The notes below the pieces were generated by a model. It made no database searches. It had not been told where the DNA came from and saw nothing but the letters and a program-made list of their open reading frames with translations. A DNA stretch of 64,000 bases from a virus: UHGV virus genome UHGV-1373625. One strand, given 5' to 3'. The position numbers and the translations under genes were made by a program. Each line of letters opens with the position of its first letter. Position 1 is the stretch's first letter. Below are positions 1-8,492 of the stretch, in pieces.

Positions 1-55
1 CTCAAGCTGTACCGTGCTCAAGCTGTACCGTGCTCAAGCTGTACCGTGCTCAAGC
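1..55. repeat. Tandem direct repeat, 16-bp unit ctcaagctgtaccgtg x3 plus a partial fourth copy; abuts the window edge and may continue upstream
   Basis: Three perfect head-to-tail copies visible at 1-48, then ctcaagc. Confidence 0.9.
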
Positions 56-205
56 ACAAAGACGCCTTTCTTTACACCACAAGATACAAGAATCCCTTTA
101 TAGAATATCTGATACAGATATAGCAAAAGAGCCCTTGCATCATGTAATACAAAGAAACGACTAACAGGCGGAAGGGTAGATCCCTTCCGCCTTTAACTAT
201 CTGAA

Positions 206-928
206 TTAATGCAGTTTAAACAAAATATGCGGCTTTTCCATGCAAAGCGTGCACTCATCCCCGCAGTGAACCGGGGCATAGCCTTCCCTACCATATGGGC
301 ATATATGATAGCCAAATATTTGACTTTTCTCCTGAATGTAGGATTCATCCCCAAAGTTGATAGATCCATCCGGCAACACAGATTCGACCATGTTTACATT
401 GGGAAGTGCCACAAATTCCGAAAAGTCAAAAATTTCTGACACTTTCGTATAAAAGTAGAAACGCTTTTCCGGGAATTTATCGGCTATCCGTTTCCACATA
501 TTGACATACGCTTGAGAAACAAAATCTCCCGAGGAATGAATCCGCACAAAAGGACGTTTGGACTTTTTCAATGAATCCGATGTGATACGTTCAAGACATG
601 CAAGGTCATTGAAGGCTAGATATGTGTGAAAGAGTCTTTTGTTATAGGTTGGCGCATATTGCCGTTGCGCCTTCCGAGCATAACAAAACCCCGCACAATC
701 GGCGCAGTTCAAACACGTATCAACAGCAAGCAAGTCAAATATAAGAATATTTTTTGCAAGTTTGGAGTTGCCCTTAGCAAACGGATCTCCAATATATACG
801 CCTAGCCCCTGAATATAGTTTTTCCTATCTGGCGTTTTCTCATGATAGGAACGCATTCCCTTGTATTCTTTAATCATGTGCAAAGTACTGACGGGGGAGA
901 ACCGACGACCAAAAAATCTACTTTCCAT
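206..928 (-). CDS. Cys-rich hypothetical protein, possibly phage Gp37/Gp68 (DUF5131)-like
   Basis: 240-aa ORF; motif TCLNCADCAGFCYARKAQR then RPFVRIHSSGDF resembles the Gp37/Gp68 C..C.NCYA.R and IFVNSMSDLF blocks; assignment is from memory, not searched. Confidence 0.45.
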   Translation of the reverse strand: MESRFFGRRFSPVSTLHMIKEYKGMRSYHEKTPDRKNYIQGLGVYIGDPFAKGNSKLAKNILIFDLLAVDTCLNCADCAGFCYARKAQRQYAPTYNKRLFHTYLAFNDLACLERITSDSLKKSKRPFVRIHSSGDFVSQAYVNMWKRIADKFPEKRFYFYTKVSEIFDFSEFVALPNVNMVESVLPDGSINFGDESYIQEKSQIFGYHICPYGREGYAPVHCGDECTLCMEKPHILFKLH

Positions 929-1022
929 AATAGAATAACCTCTTTTTTCAGATTTTCAAAGGCTGTTATAACGAGTCCAGTTTAAAACGGGAAATAGAAA
1001 TTTCCCGTTTTATTAGAATCCG

Positions 1023-1301
1023 TTATATACCGTCAAGCATGGAATCAAGAGCCTCAAGCGCGTCGTCGCGCTCATGGCACGCCGCGTCAAAGTCTCTTTC
1101 TACTTCCCTCAGTTCCGCACGAATCATTGCGGCACGGTCCTTTACACCCTCTACCTTTGCAAGACAGTTTTTATATACGGTATATGCCTCTACCACAGCC
1201 TTAATTTTTTGAATAGCAAAATCGTCGCTAAAGTTGCCCTTAGCGCAATCCCTCATAACGCCGTCTATGTGCGACATAACAATCTCAGAAGAACTTTTCA
1301 T
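1023..1301 (-). CDS. hypothetical protein
   Basis: 92-aa ORF co-oriented with neighbours in the early block. Confidence 0.45.
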   Translation of the reverse strand: MKSSSEIVMSHIDGVMRDCAKGNFSDDFAIQKIKAVVEAYTVYKNCLAKVEGVKDRAAMIRAELREVERDFDAACHERDDALEALDSMLDGI

Positions 1302-1318
1302 ATTCGCGACCTACCTTT

Positions 1319-1585
1319 TTAATACCAGTCCGGAAAAACGGGCTCTTTTTCGACAATAACGAAAATACTATATTTTTCGTCCCACGTTGCCGCATAATGA
1401 TAGCTTGGAGATTGCCAGCCTCTAGGAGCATTCTTTGCCCGGCTTATCTTTACGCTGGTTAAGCCTACGCAAGAGCTGCCGTCCATACGTTCACACGCAT
1501 TCACGATATCACCGCCTTTGAACTCCGCAGGGATGCCACCGTCCACACGAAAGACAGAACCATCCTTTAGATCTCGAATGAACAT
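1319..1585 (-). CDS. hypothetical protein
   Basis: 88-aa ORF; upstream sigma70-like promoter with operator palindrome on the minus strand; aagagg RBS. Confidence 0.5.
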   Translation of the reverse strand: MFIRDLKDGSVFRVDGGIPAEFKGGDIVNACERMDGSSCVGLTSVKISRAKNAPRGWQSPSYHYAATWDEKYSIFVIVEKEPVFPDWY

Positions 1586-1648
1586 AGTAGAAACCTCTTT
1601 TTAGATGTCTAGGAATATTCCCCGTTGCCAACAAAGACACAATACAGA

Positions 1649-1711
1649 AATTACTAAATCACGTCAATACTTTTTCATGTAGAAAAATCGTATTGACGTG
1701 ATTTAGTAATT
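1649..1711 (-). promoter_or_regulatory. Perfect 22-bp inverted repeat (aattactaaatcacgtcaatac / gtattgacgtgatttagtaatt) overlapping a minus-strand TTGACG-17-TATTGT promoter; candidate operator
   Basis: Inverted repeat at 1649-1670 and 1690-1711; read on the minus strand TTGACGtgatttagtaatttctgTATTGT lies upstream of the gene starting at 1585. Confidence 0.5.
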
Positions 1712-1741
1712 GAATAATTGATTTACTTATTGAAAATTGAA

Positions 1742-2725
1742 TTAATCCACAAGGTTATAGGGGATTGCATCCCCGTCATTCGCCTTGAACAGGGTTGTTT
1801 TGCTGGTTGCGATATAGTACTGCGGATATGCAACACCATTTGTCACCTGAATCTTTTTCCTTATGAATTTCTTAGGGTTAAAGCCGCCGTTTTTCTTTGC
1901 TTCTTCCCGGATATAAGCTATGGTACTTGCTTCCAGACCTTGAATTTTTCCTGTCCCAGAGAAAGGGCTTTCGGGATCTGGCTGGTACGGTATTTGCTTC
2001 ATGATAGCGCACTTCCCAGAATCAGAGAATGCAACTATCTGGAAAATATGGGGAATGGTCATATTGTAGCCCCATGAGCCAGCAAAGATATCTCCGATAT
2101 GCAGGTCGGGAAGGAGATCATGGAGGCAAGGAACCTTTTCTATGTCACTGTACTTGTACACAGATTCTACCTTGTGACCACAGTAGAGATCCATTATATC
2201 CTTCATGATCTCCTTTTTGCGCTTTTCAAAGTAGGATTCAACGGGTTGATTTACTTCATACTTCACAGTAAGATCAAGAATCGTGTCCCAAACGTCAATA
2301 AATCCGCGCTCTTGGCAATTCGGGCATTCGATGTTCAGGAACGGCAAAAGAGGAGCAATCCAGTCATCAAGACAAGCATCCCCGTCCATGTCGAGCAGAA
2401 AAGTCAAGCGATTCAAGAGCTTGTCGGATACGGCCTTTGCCCCCGCTTCATCCCAAAAGGCAAAGTCAAGGATATCTACGAAAGAAATATTTTCGCTCTT
2501 TCGAGTATCATAATTGAATACAGTATAGGTTTCCCTATCGTCGCTTGCCTTCTTCACGATGCAAGCCCGGTGCAAGTAGTAGACAGGATCTCCATGCTCA
2601 AGGCGAAAGTTCACCTCTGCATAAATCCCACGAAAAAGGAAGTCAACCCCCTTTTCTGTGATCATGCGGTTATAGAAATCCCGGACGTAAGACTTAGGAG
2701 CTTTAACAGTAACGTAACTTCTCAT
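1742..2725 (-). CDS. hypothetical protein (327 aa)
   Basis: Long ORF with no recognisable motif. Confidence 0.55.
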   Translation of the reverse strand: MRSYVTVKAPKSYVRDFYNRMITEKGVDFLFRGIYAEVNFRLEHGDPVYYLHRACIVKKASDDRETYTVFNYDTRKSENISFVDILDFAFWDEAGAKAVSDKLLNRLTFLLDMDGDACLDDWIAPLLPFLNIECPNCQERGFIDVWDTILDLTVKYEVNQPVESYFEKRKKEIMKDIMDLYCGHKVESVYKYSDIEKVPCLHDLLPDLHIGDIFAGSWGYNMTIPHIFQIVAFSDSGKCAIMKQIPYQPDPESPFSGTGKIQGLEASTIAYIREEAKKNGGFNPKKFIRKKIQVTNGVAYPQYYIATSKTTLFKANDGDAIPYNLVD

Positions 2726-2771
2726 TTTGATAACCTCTTTAAATTTAACAGGATATGAAAAGAATTTTTAG

Positions 2772-3077
2772 TTAGATCCCGTGATACTTGCAAGCGTAAT
2801 CAAAAGGCCCCATTTCCAGCGGGATAAACTTTGTTGTAACTTCCCGCAAGCTACTATAAAAGCTTTTCTTTGCTGTAGCCTTTACTACGATTCCGCGAAC
2901 TTCCCCTTTTTCGCAATATGCTACGAAAATAGTGGATAAAGCGCAGTTGGATACATAAAGAACCTTGCTACCGCTCATTTGGAACAAGATATCAGCTTTT
3001 ACGGCCCTCGCTCTGGTATCTGCTACGATGTTCGATACTGTCCAGCCCATGATAAAACCTCTTTCGTTAAAGCTCAT
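2772..3077 (-). CDS. hypothetical protein
   Basis: 101-aa ORF. Confidence 0.45.
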   Translation of the reverse strand: MSFNERGFIMGWTVSNIVADTRARAVKADILFQMSGSKVLYVSNCALSTIFVAYCEKGEVRGIVVKATAKKSFYSSLREVTTKFIPLEMGPFDYACKYHGI

Positions 3078-3147
3078 TTTTGAAAAGTTCCTGCATCATT
3101 CTAAAGAAGGGTATATACCCTTCTTTTATCGGAGTCAAGAGCTTTTT

Positions 3148-3465
3148 TTAATAATTCTGAATCACAATGCCGCCGGATTTAAGCGGGATAACAATAGTAT
3201 GCTCTTGAAGAAGGCTAATAATATCCTTATCTTCCATGCCTTCAACGTCAAGAAACATATCTTCGGCGCAATCCTGCGGGCTATCATATTCTGTAAAATC
3301 ACAGCAGATAGCGATAACGTCCAGCTCCACAAGTTCCCCGGTTTCATCCTCAAGTTCTTCAAAGAATTCAAACAGGGCTTCAAGAGCGGCGGGGGAAAAT
3401 TGATCGTCGCGCTCGTGATCGTTAAAGGCTTCCATGAAGTCGGAAAGATAAATGCGCTTGTGCAT
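3148..3465 (-). CDS. Highly acidic small protein; possible DNA-mimic / anti-restriction-type protein
   Basis: 105 aa with very high D/E content (FEFFEELEDETGELVELD, EDMFLDVEGMEDKD); function inferred from composition only. Confidence 0.5.
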   Translation of the reverse strand: MHKRIYLSDFMEAFNDHERDDQFSPAALEALFEFFEELEDETGELVELDVIAICCDFTEYDSPQDCAEDMFLDVEGMEDKDIISLLQEHTIVIPLKSGGIVIQNY

Positions 3466-3517
3466 AATAAACCTCTTTATATGGCTAAAGTGTTGTTGTG
3501 TTGAAATTGATCCTAGA

Positions 3518-3928
3518 CTAAAAAGGGCTAACTGTCAAGAGAAGTTTTTTGCCCGCTTCACGTTGCCCTACGGAAACTATAACCTTGATTGCGGCGGCGG
3601 CCTGTCCTACCGCTCGGGCTTCAACGTCAAGCCAAGATTCGTGTGAGCTAGGCTCAAGTTCCCCACCGCGTTTCTTGCGAAGTTCGGACGGCGTGCACAA
3701 CCTTTCCGCGATATCGCAATCATAGACAAGCCCGCATCCGCCATAAGCCCATTCCCTCCATGATTCCGCGCCATTAAGAAGCGTTTCACGGCAATTTTCA
3801 GGAGTAAGATCCTGATAATCCGGGATAGCCTCCAGCAGGTCCATAGCGTACTGCCGAACTCCCCTACGCCATGCGGAGCGTTCGGCGGGAAGGGATTCAA
3901 TAACCTTTCGAATGTCAATAACTTTCAT
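3518..3928 (-). CDS. hypothetical protein
   Basis: 136-aa ORF; the minus-strand upstream region has TTGACA-17-TAGATT plus an aagagga RBS. Confidence 0.55.
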   Translation of the reverse strand: MKVIDIRKVIESLPAERSAWRRGVRQYAMDLLEAIPDYQDLTPENCRETLLNGAESWREWAYGGCGLVYDCDIAERLCTPSELRKKRGGELEPSSHESWLDVEARAVGQAAAAIKVIVSVGQREAGKKLLLTVSPF

Positions 3929-4163
3929 GGTGATATCCTCTTTGTCGTTTCGTTGAAATCAATCTACCGATTTTCTATTTTTCTGTCAACAAAAAATTCT
4001 GATTTTTTAGAAAAAGATTCTAGCGAAAAAAGGGGAGATCACCACGACAGTAAAGGCAATCGTGAGCGCGACACGAGATAGAGCTACGCTTGCGTTACGC
4101 TTGAAAGATAGCTTGCTTATGGCAGATCCTTTGTACATGGTAGCCCCCTTTTTTATTGTATGG

Positions 4164-4490
4164 CTACAGATAAGAGACAGCGCTGTGAAGCGCAGTGAAG
4201 GCTACGCACGGCAACGCCATGAACCCGCACATATGAAGAACGCTGTTCAGGAACCCGAGAAAATTCGTGTTTTCGTCCTGCGCTACAATCTGGCGCATAA
4301 CGTCAGAAATGCTTTTTCCGGTGATACCCGAAACGCCGCCGCCAACGGCAACATAGACACGGGACTTGACACCTACGCGCCGGGATTCGATGCGAACACC
4401 AGTCTTTTTCAAGGTAAGGTTAGCAAAAGCAAGGGACTTAGCGTCAAAAGACGCGGAAAGGTAGTTACGGCAAGCGGTGGTAAGCTTCAT
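4164..4490 (-). CDS. hypothetical protein
   Basis: 108-aa ORF with aagagg RBS; preferred over the overlapping plus-strand ORF 4062-4511 by strand coherence. Confidence 0.4.
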   Translation of the reverse strand: MKLTTACRNYLSASFDAKSLAFANLTLKKTGVRIESRRVGVKSRVYVAVGGGVSGITGKSISDVMRQIVAQDENTNFLGFLNSVLHMCGFMALPCVAFTALHSAVSYL

Positions 4491-4537
4491 CTTGATAACC
4501 TCTTTTGTTGAAATTTTCCTGAACCGTTGAAAAGACT

Positions 4538-4882
4538 TTATCTGTAGCGACGTCCGTTGTCAAGCAGATTTTTCCGTAAAATTTCGATATATTTTTTCCG
4601 GACGATACGGAAATAACTTTCATCTTCACAACGAATGGCGGACGCTACGAAACGCCAAAAAGCTACGATAGTATCAACTCTTTCAGCAATGACGGGATCG
4701 AATCGGGCAATATCGGTTTTAATAGACATTCCAGCGGTTTTTGCGTATTCTCTCGCAAGTTCACACGCCTTATCTATATCATAAAGCCCATAACGCGACC
4801 TAAAAGCTACGGGAATAAAGAAATTTTCCCTTTCCTGAATCCTGCGGATCATAGCCATAACGACTCTACGATAAACTTTCAT
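4538..4882 (-). CDS. hypothetical protein (start trimmed to MKVYRR)
   Basis: The internal ATG at 4882 is preceded by aaggag; the trimmed start removes the overlap with the upstream gene. Confidence 0.45.
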   Translation of the reverse strand: MKVYRRVVMAMIRRIQERENFFIPVAFRSRYGLYDIDKACELAREYAKTAGMSIKTDIARFDPVIAERVDTIVAFWRFVASAIRCEDESYFRIVRKKYIEILRKNLLDNGRRYR

Positions 4883-4907
4883 ATCTGATACTCCTTTAGG
4901 CTTGAGG

Positions 4908-5201
4908 TTAGAAAGAAGGCATCTTGACTGTGAATCCTGCGCCGTGTGCCAGTTGGTTGAAGTCAAGGTTCTTTTCCCCGGTGAAGTCTTTCCTATCTTT
5001 CACCTTCCGAAAGATGACTTGTGGCTCTTGAGTATCCTTATACTTGAAAAACCGAACGTCCGAGCACAAGACATAGTAAGTCACGGTCGTGTCACTGAAT
5101 ACCATATCAAAGAAGCCAGAAACATAATAGAAATGCTTCTTAATACTGATATTGGAGCCGCCAATAGCCTTGATAATCTGACGGATGGAAGCGGATTTCA
5201 T
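4908..5201 (-). CDS. hypothetical protein (start trimmed to MKSASIRQ)
   Basis: The ATG at 5201 has an aagagg RBS; upstream on the minus strand is TTGACG..TATAAA embedded in a palindrome. Confidence 0.4.
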   Translation of the reverse strand: MKSASIRQIIKAIGGSNISIKKHFYYVSGFFDMVFSDTTVTYYVLCSDVRFFKYKDTQEPQVIFRKVKDRKDFTGEKNLDFNQLAHGAGFTVKMPSF

Positions 5202-5225
5202 GACGTATAACCTCTTACAGTAAAG

Positions 5226-5295
5226 GACATTCCTAGATTCCGATAAACCTTTTTCCCTTGCCGTTGAAAAGACTTTATAGGAATCTAGGAATGTC
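5226..5295 (-). promoter_or_regulatory. 16-bp inverted repeat (gacattcctagattcc / ggaatctaggaatgtc) bracketing a minus-strand promoter -10; candidate operator
   Basis: Inverted repeat at 5226-5241 and 5280-5295; the ccgttgaaaagactttat motif between the arms recurs at 4516-4533. Confidence 0.45.
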
Positions 5296-5308
5296 GTCAA
5301 TACTTTTT

Positions 5309-5776
5309 TTATTTTATTTTTACAAGCGTTCGAGTATGTAAACACTGAATATTATAACCACCTGCATAAATTACTTGAATTGTTACTGTTTTTTCTCCTT
5401 TATTAGTGCAGATCCTAAATACGCCTTCAAATCCATCTTTAGAAAAAACGTTTTTGCAAAAAGTAACGCTAGTTATATCTAAATCCGCCATTTTCTTTGA
5501 AATAATTCCGTTCCTTTTTTTGATCATTGCCTCATGATTTTTTATAACGATTTTTTCTATATATTCCATTGGATTATCAGAAAAAATACGAAACCACGTT
5601 TTTCCACCAAAACGTAAGAAAACCTCCTCCTCATTATAAGTTCTATACTCCTCCGTATTACGAAAGGCGTTAAATTCTGCCTTTTTTAAAAAAGCCCATT
5701 CGATATTGGACTTTAATATACCTTCATCAAATGCCGCCAAAATTTTATTTAACATGATAATCAAATCTGAGTTCAT
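5309..5776 (-). CDS. hypothetical protein
   Basis: 155-aa ORF with agagg RBS. Confidence 0.5.
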   Translation of the reverse strand: MNSDLIIMLNKILAAFDEGILKSNIEWAFLKKAEFNAFRNTEEYRTYNEEEVFLRFGGKTWFRIFSDNPMEYIEKIVIKNHEAMIKKRNGIISKKMADLDITSVTFCKNVFSKDGFEGVFRICTNKGEKTVTIQVIYAGGYNIQCLHTRTLVKIK

Positions 5777-5788
5777 ATATAACCTCTG

Positions 5789-6163
5789 CTACCCGAGATA
5801 TTCCATACAGACAACGGGATCTGTCTCAACCGTCTCGAATCCCTCACTAGCGTAAAAGTCAACAAGATCTTCAAGGCTCATGCCATCGAAATCAGGAACC
5901 GCCGCAATTTTCAAGGGAAGGTGCGGAAACTTCCTCTTTGCATAAGATATCGCGGCTCGGAGCAAGACTCTGCCGTGTCCCTTGCGACGATACTCAGGCC
6001 GTACATGAAGATCAGAAACAAGTACGATATCCTGTTCTTCATAGCCATATAATGCGCTAGGGGCATCAATAATCTCTACCTCTTGAGAAATCATGCAATG
6101 ACCATATTCCGACTCAAACACGATATCCCGGCCAGTATGCCCGGTCACAGTGATCTTACTCAT
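5789..6163 (-). CDS. GNAT-family N-acetyltransferase
   Basis: RRKGHGRVLLRAAISYA acetyl-CoA-binding motif; start placed at MSKITV, which has a ggaggg RBS. Confidence 0.7.
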   Translation of the reverse strand: MSKITVTGHTGRDIVFESEYGHCMISQEVEIIDAPSALYGYEEQDIVLVSDLHVRPEYRRKGHGRVLLRAAISYAKRKFPHLPLKIAAVPDFDGMSLEDLVDFYASEGFETVETDPVVCMEYLG

Positions 6164-6339
6164 AAAAATACCCTCCATGCGATTCGTTTAAAGAGACTCT
6201 ATGCAAATACTAAATCACTGTCAAGCGGATCTATGAAATAATCGAAAAGAAAAAATATTCGTGCACTCGCATATTATATAAGGTATTGCAAGTACTGTGC
6301 CACAATATCGGTATGGCTACTCTACGATGGTTCCGAGTC

Positions 6340-6460
6340 AATGACACCTAATGACACATAATGACATCTATTACACATGATGACACTTCTTTGACATCTG
6401 TTGACGGTCGTTGACAGTCTGTGACGCTTGTTGACGGCTATTTACGGTCGTTGACGACCG
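6340..6460. repeat. Helically phased array of about 12 TGAC(A/G) elements at 10-bp spacing (aaTGACAcnta x5, then tTGACggtcg-type x7); iteron-like
   Basis: TGAC at 6342, 6352, 6362, (6372 variant), 6381, 6392, 6402, 6412, 6422, 6432, (6442 variant), 6452. Confidence 0.85.
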
Positions 6461-6725
6461 TGCACGGGGATTTTCAACGATTGTTCAATAAATAACTATC
6501 AATACAATCAACTACTTACAACTTGGCATAAGTCTTGCATAGGTTGAGATTGGTTTGAGATTCTCCAATCATTTCAAGTATATGGGAGGGGGTAGGGTCA
6601 AAGTGTACCGCATTCCGGTATATAGTACCGTCGTTGACTCAAAAAAACATTTTTTTCGATTTCTGAGCTTTTATCCGGTTGTAATTATTCATGTAAATTT
6701 TTTAAACGAAATTTTAATAAAACTA

Positions 6726-6754
6726 TTGACAAAAAATCGTTTATGGATTAAGAT
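6726..6754 (+). promoter_or_regulatory. sigma70-like promoter TTGACA-17-TAAGAT upstream of terS
   Basis: -35 at 6726, 17-bp spacer, -10 at 6749. Confidence 0.4.
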
Positions 6755-6789
6755 TTTTACTAAATTTAACATAAAAAAGGAGAAAAACA

Positions 6790-7260
6790 TTGCGACGCCA
6801 AACAAAATCCATCGAAGCGCATAAGCAAGATGGTACATACAATTCTACGAAGCATGGAGTGGACGTTCCATTGGCGGAAGGACCGCTGAGGAAAATCAAT
6901 TGGGACAAGATGTCCTCGGAAGATATTTATAACACGATTGCTGATGTTATCGCACAGAAGGGCCTTGACCACGCTGAATACTCTCTGGCTTTGGAACTCC
7001 TAGTTTATGCGGTGAATAGGATGCTTAAACTCCGCAGGGATTTGAAAGCCCAAGGCGGCGAGACATATATTACGCCGTCAGGTATCAGGAAAAACAATCC
7101 TACTGCGAAACTTGTTATGGAAGCAGAAAAGCAAGTTGATACCCTTCTACAAAGATTTGGGCTCACGCCGGATTCTCGTAGCCGAGTAGCTAGGAAGAAG
7201 GGAGAACTTAATCTAGGGGGTGAAGATTCTTTCGGATCTCCGGAAGGTTTCTTCAATTAA
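6790..7260 (+). CDS. terS: Phage terminase small subunit, P27 family
   Basis: Motifs TPSGIRKNNPTAKL and FGLTPDSRSR are characteristic of P27-family TerS; TTG start with aaaaaggag RBS. Confidence 0.7.
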   Translation: MRRQTKSIEAHKQDGTYNSTKHGVDVPLAEGPLRKINWDKMSSEDIYNTIADVIAQKGLDHAEYSLALELLVYAVNRMLKLRRDLKAQGGETYITPSGIRKNNPTAKLVMEAEKQVDTLLQRFGLTPDSRSRVARKKGELNLGGEDSFGSPEGFFN

Positions 7261-7293
7261 ACCAATAATTTAAAAATATTTTAAAAAAAGTAG

Positions 7294-7321
7294 TTGACAA
7301 GTATAAAAATCTAAGTATAAT
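7294..7321 (+). promoter_or_regulatory. Near-consensus sigma70 promoter TTGACA-16-TATAAT driving the tRNA cluster
   Basis: ttgacaagtataaaaatctaagtataat. Confidence 0.55.
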
Positions 7322-7494
7322 CTATTTCAGTAAAAGGTGTTGTTGGCTACATGGAAAAGCTACGCTTTCGAGCGTTACCGTATGTTCGACTCATATGGGC
7401 ACCATCAAAAAGATAGACTCGTATTTCAATTGATGGAAAGTAAGTCTGTAACCGAGAAAATGCGGGCTTAAATCCTATCGAGTCTATCATTATG

Positions 7495-7571
7495 CGACCG
7501 TAACTCAATTGGCAAGAGTAGCCGACTTTTAATTGGCAAGTTATGGGTTCAAGCCCCATCGGTCGCACCAT
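7495..7571 (+). tRNA. tRNA-Lys (anticodon UUU)
   Basis: Manual fold: acceptor gcgaccg/cggtcgc, D-stem actc/gagt, anticodon stem gccga/ttggc with loop cTTTtaa, T-arm atggg-TTCAAGC-cccat, discriminator A, encoded CCA. Confidence 0.8.
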
Positions 7572-7596
7572 AAATCTGTAAAAAGGAGTTGCTAAA

Positions 7597-7863
7597 ATGG
7601 ATATTAACACCGATTTCTTTGAAAGAATGTTTTCTTGTGAAGGTTGGGATCAGCTTGACACTTTCGACTTTGTGTTTTATGATTGCACTTTGAATAGGGA
7701 TATTGGCAATTTTAAGGAAGGCGACAAGATTGACTCTATTTCCGTCCTTTTTAGCGTCAGCAAGATTGAATTTGCGACGTTCATTGAAAATAAGGATGGC
7801 ATGGATGAAGAAAAAATCATTTATTCCGCAACGCTTGTGCCCTTTATGGTCGAACGGCCTTAA
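7597..7863 (+). CDS. hypothetical protein (small acidic, within the tRNA cluster)
   Basis: 88-aa ORF with aaaaaggag RBS directly after tRNA-Lys. Confidence 0.45.
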   Translation: MDINTDFFERMFSCEGWDQLDTFDFVFYDCTLNRDIGNFKEGDKIDSISVLFSVSKIEFATFIENKDGMDEEKIIYSATLVPFMVERP

Positions 7864-7878
7864 ACAAAAGGATACGAA

Positions 7879-8145
7879 ATGATCATGCTGCATAAATACT
7901 TTGCTCAAATCATAAAGGATTATGAGAATTTCGATTTTTATAAATCTGACGATGGTATCTTTATGTTTTTCGGATGTACTATGGCCTCAGATATGCCTTT
8001 TTTAGATAAAGGGGATTATGTCGAGGAAGTAATCTTCGATTTTTCTGATGGAACTGTACGTATTACTGAAAAATGTGGAAGCCCAACTTATATTTGTGAA
8101 ATTAAACCTGAAATTATCTCGATAAGTATTAAAAGAAACTCTTGA
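7879..8145 (+). CDS. hypothetical protein
   Basis: 88-aa ORF with aaagga RBS. Confidence 0.4.
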   Translation: MIMLHKYFAQIIKDYENFDFYKSDDGIFMFFGCTMASDMPFLDKGDYVEEVIFDFSDGTVRITEKCGSPTYICEIKPEIISISIKRNS

Positions 8146-8170
8146 CAAACAGATAAAGATTGAGTATAAG
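8142..8170 (+). promoter_or_regulatory. sigma70-like promoter TTGACA-17-TATAAG
   Basis: cttgacaaacagataaagattgagtataag. Confidence 0.4.
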
Positions 8171-8412
8171 TATTTTATCAATTCATTCATATGTTTGCTC
8201 CTCGAATCGGGAGACGCAATTTCCTCCTTTATTGCGTCTCCCACAACAAAAATTTATAGAATATAAGAATTCATGCTGTTGGCTAAAGTATTTTCCGTCG
8301 CCAAAAAGAACGTATGAGACGGAAGTGCTTCGTAAGATCTTCAACGAGGTTTAAGCTAAGTAATTCGGGTTTCTTTAACTGAATGTAAACCTTAGCGTCC
8401 AACAGTTTTAAT

Positions 8413-8488
8413 GGACTCGTACTTCAATTGGCAGAAGATCCGGCTCATAACCGGGAAGTTATAGGTTCGAGTCCTATCGGGTCTACCA
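8413..8488 (+). tRNA. tRNA-Met (anticodon CAU; could be initiator or lysidine-modified Ile)
   Basis: Manual fold: acceptor ggactcg/cgggtct with two GU pairs, D-stem cttc/gaag, anticodon loop ctCATaa, T-arm atagg-TTCGAGT-cctat, CCA encoded. Confidence 0.75.
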
Positions 8489-8492
8489 TCAT

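Noticed and set aside
4062-4511. 149-aa plus-strand ORF overlapping the minus-strand ORF 4164-4490
   Set aside because: All neighbouring genes and the promoter/RBS (aagagg before the ATG at 4490) are on the minus strand; the plus ORF is R/A-rich like antisense noise.
7347-7908. Minus-strand ORFs 7347-7610 and 7549-7908
   Set aside because: They overlap tRNA-Lys and the plus-strand small genes; the translation of tRNA antisense is a known artefact.
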